From positions 1 through 52,977 of the IMG/VR virus record IMGVR_UViG_3300021375_002481: a DNA stretch of 52,977 nucleotides; one strand, written 5' to 3'. A program made the position numbers and the translations under genes. Position 1 is the first letter of the stretch, and each line of letters opens with the position of its first letter. Of the stretch, positions 28,004 through 36,600 are shown one piece after another. The notes under the pieces were generated by a model. The model was not told where the DNA came from. It saw only the letters and a list, made by a program, of their open reading frames with translations, and did not search any database. The DNA comes from a virus (Duplodnaviria; Caudoviricetes).

Positions 28004-29073
28004 TTATTTATATGATTTTTTAATGGAGTGTAAACAATGGTATTGAAAAACTCAACATCATTGTAATATGTTCGTATTTTTTTCTTATTATATTCTAATA
28101 TTTCATTCAGTTCATCTGAATTGTATTTTTTTAATAATTCTTCAGCTGCATTTAATGCTAAATCAATCCTTACTGAATCATCTGCTATATCATAACTCTC
28201 ATCTATGATAGAATTAAATGTTTTAAACCCTAATCTTCTTATTTCATTCAAAGAACCCTTAGAAGAGATTAAAACATATGGAATACCCCAACCTATATTT
28301 CTAAATACTTTTTCTGTTAAGTGAATCATATCATCCCATTGCCAATCACAATCTGCCGTAGATTTTTCATGAAACGTACTGTAATATTCTGATTCAGTAC
28401 AAATGTTTACTTTTCCCCAAAAATAATAATCATCGAGTAAATATTGTCTATTTACATCACAAGTTAAATCATCTCCCTTTAGAAAAGATTCATGTGTATA
28501 ATCAGTATCACCCCATAAGTCATGAGTTGTAGCTGAATTTAAATTTCTTTCTACTATCTTCTTAACTGTTTCTAATTTATGTTGTTTACTTCTTCTATTA
28601 AAACAACTGAAATCATATGTATCTGCTGTATCTAAAGGGTTTTCTTTTTTTACAATATCATTTGATGAGAATTCATAAACAAATGATGGGTAATACCAAG
28701 TATAAAATAATTCACATTCCTTTACACCATCAGTTACGTTGAAAGCGTTATTATACATAAGCAACCTTCGTTTCTTTTCAATACCACATTCATCTAAGTA
28801 TTCGAAAAATGGATAGTAAAGATAGGTTGTTGGATATCCTTCTGATGTATCTGATAAGCAAAATATTAAATTACTATTTGGAGAATATTTTTTTATTATA
28901 GAATATACTTCATCTTTTTGTTGTTGCCAATGTTGATTATCAATCAAAACAATACCCAATTGATTGTTATGTTTTGATACGGGTTTTAGATTGATAAATT
29001 GTTTACAATCCCTTATAAACATTCCCCACCATAGGCCTTCATTATTTAATTCATCTAGATAGTAAAAGTTCAT
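27991..29073 (-). CDS. Hypothetical protein, possibly GT10 (fucosyltransferase)-like GT-B enzyme
   Basis: NICTES...HLTEKVFRNIGWGIPYV resembles the GT10 FEN...YITEK...VPV motif. ATG at 29073 preferred over the TTG at 29079. Confidence 0.45.
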   Translation of the reverse strand: MNFYYLDELNNEGLWWGMFIRDCKQFINLKPVSKHNNQLGIVLIDNQHWQQQKDEVYSIIKKYSPNSNLIFCLSDTSEGYPTTYLYYPFFEYLDECGIEKKRRLLMYNNAFNVTDGVKECELFYTWYYPSFVYEFSSNDIVKKENPLDTADTYDFSCFNRRSKQHKLETVKKIVERNLNSATTHDLWGDTDYTHESFLKGDDLTCDVNRQYLLDDYYFWGKVNICTESEYYSTFHEKSTADCDWQWDDMIHLTEKVFRNIGWGIPYVLISSKGSLNEIRRLGFKTFNSIIDESYDIADDSVRIDLALNAAEELLKKYNSDELNEILEYNKKKIRTYYNDVEFFNTIVYTPLKNHINNLVI

Positions 29074-29076
29074 ACA

Positions 29077-29108
29077 CAAATATACAAAAAATTTATGAAA
29101 TATCCAAA
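29077..29108 (-). promoter_or_regulatory. Bacteroidota-type primary-sigma promoter (TTTG-N20-TATATTTG)
   Basis: Minus-strand TTTG (29108-29105), 20-nt spacer, TATATTTG (29084-29077), 3 nt before the ATG at 29073. Confidence 0.65.
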
Positions 29109-29569
29109 TCTTTTCTGAAAAACTTTCCTAATAGATTATCGTTTAGTGATAACTCATTTGCCAATACATCATGTGCAAATTGTTCTTGTAATTCATAATA
29201 GGTAAGGGATTTCTTATTAGAACAAAATTTAAGGATTCTTAATTCCAATCTATCATTGATATCATCCCTATTATCTTCTTTTAATAATTTTTTATTTTCT
29301 TCAAACCAACTTTTTACAATTTTATTAGATGAACGATACTCTTTCCAATCTGATTCTTTTTCAACCATCTCGTATTTTTTACTTCTCTTATCAGTAAGAG
29401 CAGCAGTTTCTTTTTTACCAAACTTTCGTTTTCTAACTGAAACTACTTGTTTTTTACCAATGTAAAACTCATTTGTTTTACCATTTGTAATTTTATATAT
29501 AAAACCAAATACACCTTCTGGCATATCTGATATTTCTGTTATATACTTTCCGTTATATGTCCAACTCAT
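29093..29569 (-). CDS. GIY-YIG-like endonuclease
   Basis: GFIYKITNGKTNEFYIGKK...ESDWKEYRSS...LTYYE...LNDN. Likely start at MSWTYNG (29569); the ORF track extends it to 29590. Confidence 0.7.
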   Translation of the reverse strand: MSWTYNGKYITEISDMPEGVFGFIYKITNGKTNEFYIGKKQVVSVRKRKFGKKETAALTDKRSKKYEMVEKESDWKEYRSSNKIVKSWFEENKKLLKEDNRDDINDRLELRILKFCSNKKSLTYYELQEQFAHDVLANELSLNDNLLGKFFRKDLDIS

Positions 29570-30125
29570 AGTTAAAAATTTTGAAATCATTTTTGTACCT
29601 CTCTCGTACCCAATCTTTCATCCACTCTTCTTGATACATATGTTTGTAAAAATTATGTTGATTTAATTGTGGATGTTTATCGTAGATTGAATTACGATTT
29701 AAGTGCGGTAGTGATTCTTGTACTCCTATATTTTGAAAAATATGATTTATATCGTTTTCATAGTTTTCGTATCTACCAACAAAGCTCACCTTTTTATCAG
29801 ATGAACTTCCGTTATTTGTAAAATAGCTTTGGGGAAAGTATAGATAATCGTGTTCGAAAATAGAATCAATAAATTTTCTAACACTTGAGAATCCATTATC
29901 TCTACAATAGTGATAATAGGCAGAAGCAAATCGTGTAAATGGATTTCTAACCATACAAAATATATAGTAATTTTTTATATTATCAAATTTACCTATGTGA
30001 TTGTGAGATTGTGATACAAATTCAGTACCCTCTTGTTTTCTTAAAACCGAAGTAATTGATGTACCTCCAGTTTTAGGTATATGAATATATCCCCATTCTT
30101 TAGAACGGTTAACCAATAAACTCAA
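29553..30125 (-). CDS. PAPS-dependent sulfotransferase (Sulfotransfer_2-like)
   Basis: 5'-PSB YIHIPKTGGTSI, 3'-PB VRNPFTRFASAY, FVGRYEN and C-terminal YKNDFKIFNY. Confidence 0.85.
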   Translation of the reverse strand: MSLLVNRSKEWGYIHIPKTGGTSITSVLRKQEGTEFVSQSHNHIGKFDNIKNYYIFCMVRNPFTRFASAYYHYCRDNGFSSVRKFIDSIFEHDYLYFPQSYFTNNGSSSDKKVSFVGRYENYENDINHIFQNIGVQESLPHLNRNSIYDKHPQLNQHNFYKHMYQEEWMKDWVRERYKNDFKIFNYELDI

Positions 30126-30136
30126 ATGAGATTAAT

Positions 30137-30325
30137 TTAGTATTTAACATTTGATGAGTAAGGTGTTTGATTTAGTTTACCACCTCTTGCTGCACTAAGT
30201 GCTTTCTCATCTTTAGATAATTTCTTTAAATCAAAATCACCTGCTGAGATAGGAGTTTTATCTTTTCCCGTATCAACTAGTTTTGAAAATTCTGATTTAT
30301 CGTATAAGTCTTTTATTGAAGCCAT
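30137..30325 (-). CDS. Hypothetical 62-aa protein
   Basis: AAGGAG ribosome-binding site and ATATTTATA motif upstream. Confidence 0.7.
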   Translation of the reverse strand: MASIKDLYDKSEFSKLVDTGKDKTPISAGDFDLKKLSKDEKALSAARGGKLNQTPYSSNVKY

Positions 30326-30348
30326 AGTTGTTTCTCCTTTTATATAAG

Positions 30349-30357
30349 TATAAATAT
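30349..30357 (-). promoter_or_regulatory. ATATTTATA putative late promoter
   Basis: 23 nt upstream of the ATG at 30325. Confidence 0.55.
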
Positions 30358-30358
30358 G

Positions 30359-31633
30359 TTATAAATCCATACGAACGATAAAATTTACCGCCATATCTGG
30401 ATATTTCTTTATTGGTTTGGGTAACTTTGCTACAGCTACCAAGTTATTATTATCATCATACAAACCTATTGTTGATACAAATGTTGTTAAATATGAGCCT
30501 GTTGGGTCTGTTAAAGATTTAGAATAATAATCTTCCCAAGAACCTGTTATATAATCGTTTGATTCCGAACTTGTTATAGAACCATAATATTCCGAAACTC
30601 TATCGATTGTAGTTACTTCTCTGATTGGTCTTGTTCTTGAATTCCTAACTAATCTACTACCTTCTCGTATTTCACTTTCTGTAAAATTATATGAACCACT
30701 TAAGGTTGTGGTTACTGCTGATGGGTTTTGTGAGTAATTGAATTCACAATCTCCTGCTTGACAAAGAACCTCTAGTTCATGTATTGTTTTTGTAGAACGA
30801 TATTCTAAATCATAATCAGTAACATCTTGTTCTTGCTCAGCAAGTGTAGTAAATACAATTAACCCATCTGCATAAAACACATTACCTACTTGTACATTTT
30901 CAAGACCAGAACCTAAAAAGTTTAATCCATCTGCTATTGTAATTTGACCTTGACTACCCGTTTGAAATGTATCAGTAAATGCATCCATTCTTTGAATGGT
31001 TCTATCATCTGTATCACCTTCCCAAGTTAGCTTTACCAATGGATTATTAAAATCAATACCATATGGTTGTTGTGCTCTAACGGTAATTGGTTGAGTATCA
31101 TTATCTACAAATACAATATCAACTCCTTTTGAAAAATCATTTTGAAATTGATTCATATCCATTCTGGTCCATTGGTATTCGGTAGTTTTTGCTCTTAAAA
31201 CTCCGTAACCATCATCAGTAACTTCGGAACCAGATGCAACTTGTGGGGATGTTAAACTAATAGAAGTGGGTTTTATTCCTTCACCATATTTTATTTGGTC
31301 TATATCAATTACATAAACAGTTTCTTCTATTCTTCTCTCATTTGAATAATCATATAGATTAGAAATAGGTCCAAACATCTTTACCAAATCATTTTGAACA
31401 AAATACTTATGCCTTATTGATTTGTACATTGGGTGCTTGTGGTAAGAATCTATTATAGAACCACTTATTGTTCTTTCAAACGTTGTAGAATCAAATGCTC
31501 CACTACCACTATGAAGTGCCGATGTTTTATCATAAAGCTTTAAGACAGGATAATCAGCTTCTGATGCATAAAACTTTTTATACACCTTAAAGCTTCTCTG
31601 TTGAACGTTTGATTTAGCTATATTTTTTAACAT
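30359..31633 (-). CDS. Virion structural protein (baseplate/tail-collar-like)
   Basis: C-terminal TIGLYDDNNNLVAVAKLPKPIKK, paralogous to the C-terminus of 31710..32945. Lies in the structural module. Confidence 0.6.
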   Translation of the reverse strand: MLKNIAKSNVQQRSFKVYKKFYASEADYPVLKLYDKTSALHSGSGAFDSTTFERTISGSIIDSYHKHPMYKSIRHKYFVQNDLVKMFGPISNLYDYSNERRIEETVYVIDIDQIKYGEGIKPTSISLTSPQVASGSEVTDDGYGVLRAKTTEYQWTRMDMNQFQNDFSKGVDIVFVDNDTQPITVRAQQPYGIDFNNPLVKLTWEGDTDDRTIQRMDAFTDTFQTGSQGQITIADGLNFLGSGLENVQVGNVFYADGLIVFTTLAEQEQDVTDYDLEYRSTKTIHELEVLCQAGDCEFNYSQNPSAVTTTLSGSYNFTESEIREGSRLVRNSRTRPIREVTTIDRVSEYYGSITSSESNDYITGSWEDYYSKSLTDPTGSYLTTFVSTIGLYDDNNNLVAVAKLPKPIKKYPDMAVNFIVRMDL

Positions 31634-31648
31634 ACTGTAATTCCTCTA

Positions 31649-31657
31649 TATAAATAT
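31649..31657 (-). promoter_or_regulatory. ATATTTATA putative late promoter
   Basis: 15 nt upstream of the ATG at 31633, directly after a terminator. Confidence 0.6.
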
Positions 31658-31661
31658 ATGG

Positions 31662-31690
31662 AAACAAAAAACCCCACTCGTGGTGGGGTT
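31662..31690 (-). terminator. Intrinsic terminator
   Basis: Stem AACCCCAC/GTGGGGTT with a 5-nt loop and a T-tract on the minus strand, downstream of 31710..32945. Confidence 0.8.
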
Positions 31691-31709
31691 GATTATAGGT
31701 TAAGTTCTT

Positions 31710-32945
31710 TTAGAAATCAAGTTTAACTTTTATAAGTACTTCTTTATCGAATGATTTTTCAATAGGTTGTGAAGTTTTAGCTACTGCTAAAATTTCATTA
31801 GCATCATTCATCAATCCAATTGCTGTAATATAAGCTCTTGGGTCAGTTTCAAATGATGATTCTTTAAATGAACCATCTGAACCTGTTATGAAAGTTGGAT
31901 TATTAGAAAAGTTAAATTCTCTGTTCTGTGCTCTTACAAAATAATGTGATGTAGAAACGTTTTCTACTCTTCTTGCTTGGAAGTCAGCACCACCTTTTAA
32001 CATCTCATGTAATAAGAATTGATTTTTACCTTCATGTGTAAATGTTTTACTCATATTATTTCCACCTACTGAACCACTATCGATTGATGTACCAACAGTT
32101 GCTTCAAGTGCAGCTGGATTTAAAACTATCAATCCTTGGTCTGGATAAAATAATCCAAATCCTTGTCCGTTAGCTGCTCCAGTTGAATACTTGTTTGCAA
32201 CAGTTGCAGCATTTTCAGTTCCTAAATTAAGTGAACCACTTACGATGTTAAATACTCTACCAGCTTTTCCAACTGAATCTGAGAATTTCTTTCCACTATC
32301 ATCAATAAATTTTTGTGTACCATTAGAACCACTTAAAATGAATTCCATGTTACCTGGATCCATAGTTTCTTTGTATCTAGCACGTGCTACATTTATAATA
32401 TATATATCTTCTGAATTATGAGAATCTCCAGATGCTGATATGAATGAGAAGAAGTTATCATCTTCCTCTAATAAGATAGAACGATATTGAGCGTATGTTG
32501 CTTTTGTTGCTTGAGTAGATGAATCATCATTTGCTAGAGAGGTAGAACCACTACCATATTTGTTACCATATGCCACCGCATATTGTACTTCAGCTGATGA
32601 ATCACTCGCAGGGTCTGTTGAATATACATTTAAGTAGTATTCAGAACTTGCTGCTACTGCTTGAGCTGATGATGTAAAAAAAGTTGATAAAGAACCAGTA
32701 TCACCAGTCCATAAACCAGTTGTTATGGTTTCAACTTTACCTTGTACTGTATCAAACTCACCAAATCTTTTATATACACCAGTAGAAAGAACTCCCCCTT
32801 GAGAAGCAACTTTATCACCACCAGTTAGGTAGTTGTTGATTATACCTGTTAATTGTTCAGAAGTTAGGTTACCATTGTTCTGAGATAGATATGATGCTAA
32901 ATCAGCTGATAAATTTACTCCTGCTTGTCCTTGTATCTGTGCCAT
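31710..32945 (-). CDS. Virion structural protein (baseplate/tail-collar-like)
   Basis: GLFYPDQGLIV, EFNFSNNP and YITAIGLMNDANEILAVAKTSQPIEK are shared with 30359..31633. Confidence 0.6.
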   Translation of the reverse strand: MAQIQGQAGVNLSADLASYLSQNNGNLTSEQLTGIINNYLTGGDKVASQGGVLSTGVYKRFGEFDTVQGKVETITTGLWTGDTGSLSTFFTSSAQAVAASSEYYLNVYSTDPASDSSAEVQYAVAYGNKYGSGSTSLANDDSSTQATKATYAQYRSILLEEDDNFFSFISASGDSHNSEDIYIINVARARYKETMDPGNMEFILSGSNGTQKFIDDSGKKFSDSVGKAGRVFNIVSGSLNLGTENAATVANKYSTGAANGQGFGLFYPDQGLIVLNPAALEATVGTSIDSGSVGGNNMSKTFTHEGKNQFLLHEMLKGGADFQARRVENVSTSHYFVRAQNREFNFSNNPTFITGSDGSFKESSFETDPRAYITAIGLMNDANEILAVAKTSQPIEKSFDKEVLIKVKLDF

Positions 32946-32962
32946 CGTTTTTCTCCGTTATA

Positions 32963-33592
32963 TTAATTTGGCTGTACATAAGTAATGGTTACAGGAATAG
33001 TTTGTGAACCACCCGTTTCATTACCATATACAGTAATAGTTGTTTTTATTGTTTGTGTTATACTTGGGTTAGGAACAAATGTAAATGTTTGTCCAACTTC
33101 TATGGCCGCTGTTGTTGTGATTTCTTCTCCTAATGCTAAAGGAACAGTTCCACTTCCTGCTGAAATACCTGAACCTACAACGGAACCTGCGTTTTTATTA
33201 GAGAGAATTATAGTATATCCACTTTGTGTATTACCACTTGGTGAAGTTGTTGGTGTTAGAGAAACTTGACCTGAAGTTTGAGTTACTGAAATAGATGGGA
33301 TACCAAATTCCACCTGTGGAATCTTTTTTGTACCTTTTGGTAAAGTTACCAATTTATATTTCAATACTTGAGTTTCATCTGGTGAAGCTTCTGTTATTGG
33401 GATTGCTTTTATTGCTGCATCATAATAAGCACTACCCTTTGGATGTGCTGGTTCATATAATGAGTAATCTATCTCATCATCTCCCAATGCAAACTTTGTT
33501 ATGTTGATACCCTGACCCGTTGCGAGTAGTTCTCTACCCTTTCTCGTAAGGATAGCATCAACTGTAATTTCTGAATTATCTAAATATGCCAT
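32963..33592 (-). CDS. Virion structural protein (tail-collar/baseplate-like)
   Basis: N-terminal AILTRKGRELLA...ITKFALGD resembles myovirus tail-collar/fibre-attachment N-termini. Confidence 0.55.
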   Translation of the reverse strand: MAYLDNSEITVDAILTRKGRELLATGQGINITKFALGDDEIDYSLYEPAHPKGSAYYDAAIKAIPITEASPDETQVLKYKLVTLPKGTKKIPQVEFGIPSISVTQTSGQVSLTPTTSPSGNTQSGYTIILSNKNAGSVVGSGISAGSGTVPLALGEEITTTAAIEVGQTFTFVPNPSITQTIKTTITVYGNETGGSQTIPVTITYVQPN

Positions 33593-33617
33593 AATTTATT
33601 CCTCTGTGTTTTCAATA

Positions 33618-33626
33618 TATAAATAT
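33618..33626 (-). promoter_or_regulatory. ATATTTATA putative late promoter
   Basis: 25 nt upstream of the ATG at 33592. Confidence 0.6.
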
Positions 33627-33649
33627 AACTATTTTATAAAATTAATTAT

Positions 33650-36600
33650 TTATTTAACATCTACTTCTAAAATAGGTTCACCAGCCCCTCTTCCTGTATC
33701 GGAAACTTTAAGAATATTCGGATTCGTACAGAATGTTTCTATTGGTGATTTACCATCTAAAGTTGTTAAACTTGTTTGTCTTGATGGAGATTTAAATCCA
33801 CGATTTCCGTATTTGCTACCTAATGTACCAACACCCGCTCTTTTACCTCCACTTGCATTTACTCTTTCTACTGCGGTTATAGTTCCACCAAGCTTTCCTC
33901 GTTCTCCAATTTTTGGACCAAATAGTTCTCCAGTTCTTGGGCCAGAGGTAAATCTACCAACTTCAGCAAATACTATATACTTTCTTGTTTTTGTTACTTT
34001 TTGTGTTGTTTCACCTAATGATGCATCATTACTATCTACTTGAATGGGTTCTGAAATTTCAAACTCTTCAGTTACAAGATAAACTTGTTTAGTTTCTTTT
34101 ATTAAAGTACCATTCCCATCTAATTTAGTAATCACAGCGTATCCATTAACTGCAGTAATTCCTGCTAACCCATTTGTTAAACTATCTGGACTTATACCAA
34201 TTTGGTCTTGTGCACCAATTGCCTCAAACTGTTTTAACAATTTATCAACAATTTTAGAATCTGTAATTGTTCCATCAATTAAATCATAAGTTGATACAAA
34301 CGTTGGTGTTAAATTATTAAGTCTACCAATAATATTTGCATAATTACCTTTAAATGTTGGGTTTGATGATGCTATTACACTATCGTATTGATTTTGTAAA
34401 CCTGCTAATTTAATTCTTTCTTTTAATTGTATATCAGCCGGCCATTGTGTTATTGGTATCATAGCAAGTTGCATTGCTTCTCTCAAATCAATTTCTGAAT
34501 CTTGAAATTTAGAACCAAATTCTACTGCTGTTGGTTTTGTTCTCTTAACTTTATTTCTTTCAAGAATATGTGGTTCTATTAATAACCCACTTGTAACAAT
34601 TGCTCTAGCAGGTACAAGAGATTCTAATACTTCAAATAAAGATTGGTCTATATATCTTACTAATTGAATATATTCATATAAATTAAGATTATATCTTTCA
34701 AAATAATAATTTCTTAATTCTCTAAGTTCTTTATATTCGTATTTGTATTCATCACTTGGGTCACCAATATATTGGTCTAATTCAAACTGTCCTATGGATT
34801 TTAAAATATCCATATTAACCTCTTTTACAGGTGAAAAGAATAATCCTAATTTGTTTGTATCAATCGGAGATGTATCAAATGATTTTTTAGTTGAACGGTC
34901 TCTATATGAAAGTGTTAATCCATTTTCTATATCTTCACTTAATCCTTGTTGTTCTTCGAATCTAAATTTTTGTGAAACATTAAACCCACTTGAAGGAACA
35001 TTTGCTGTTACAGTTCTTTCATATGTAGTATAATGATATGGATAACTACTATTACTATCAAAGTTAGATGCGGTTACGAATGGAACTAAATATGATTCAT
35101 TAATAGATACATTTTTAATTGCGGTATCTACATTTCTATCTTTGGGATATTCAAAATCTAAACGAAGAAGTAAATCTTCTGTTGAGGATGAGTGGTGATT
35201 TCCATCAATTGCATCTGGCATCAATGTGTGATTATCTACTCGTGATTCTGATAATGGATATGTCCAATATCTAAACTCATCTATCGAACCAGTAAACGTA
35301 GAACCATCTCCAATCTTTAATGTAGTTTCGGTTTGCCAAATATGATTCTCAACTTCTATTGAAGCAGATACTTCACTTCTAATCCTACCTTGAAATGCTT
35401 CTTTACCTTTTACTGTGAAGGTGTTATTACTTTTTTCAACTACTATTTGAGTATATTCATCATTAAAGAATGGAAAAGCTGATGAGGTTACCATGTATGC
35501 CGATGAACTATCAGCAACAGTCAGTGTCAGTACTCCATTTGTTCCATTTGTATGTTGTACACCAACATTCCATAATGAACTCGTTACGAATGTTTGGTCT
35601 TGTCTTTTATCAGAATTAACTCTAATTTCTACTGCATTCGGATAATCAGATGTTCCACTATATTGTTTCCATGGAACTAATACTGATTCAGACCCACTAA
35701 TGTTTAATGCTGCTGTTCTATCTTCAAATGAAAACTTAGATACACCACCATCAGCATTTCTTGGTCCACCAAACTCCATAATAGTTAACATTGATGATGG
35801 AACCCCATAACAAGCAAGAGCTGCTTTAACTGCTCTACTTGAACCTTTGTGTTTTAAAAGGTATGGTATATTATTAAGTAATCTTCTCCAAACCTGATTT
35901 TGTATTTCTTTACCAGTTAGATTAGATACTGAAGTACCATCAGATGTTTCACCAAAAGCATATTCCCAAAGTGATTGTGCTTTTGCAGGAACTTTAGTAT
36001 CCCACCCTAATGATTCTAACATCTGAGAAAGTAAAGAATCATTTATACCAACATCATATTTATGTTCTAAGTTTTTCTTTTCAGCAATAGCTTTAGTGTA
36101 TAAATAAAGTACATCAAAGTGATGTCCCATCATATTAAAGAACATTTTAAATTCTTCAGAATCTTCAGAATTTTGGATGTGTAGTGGTAAATTGTTTACT
36201 AAATAATCTTTATTATATAAATCATAATTTTGTGCATTATAGCTAACACTATTATACCAATCAGTTGCATCGCTGGAATCTGAAGCGGAAATTAAATTAC
36301 CACCTGCTCCCGGATATGTTAATCCATCTGCAGATGAACTTGTAAATAAGAATGTTTCAAATGCATCAAAATTATCTTTTACTTCTTGAACAGATTCAGA
36401 AGTTCTGTTAATTTCATTTTGTAAAGTTACAGAACCAGTATTAAATGAACCTGACTCTAATTTTTGTATTTTATCTTCGTAAAATTCTATTAATTTAATT
36501 TTATAAATAAAATTATTAACTCTTTCATTTGCAGAAGAATATTTTACAAAATTATTCCATGCCCAAGTTGAATCTGTTTCAACTAAAAGAGAACCACTAA

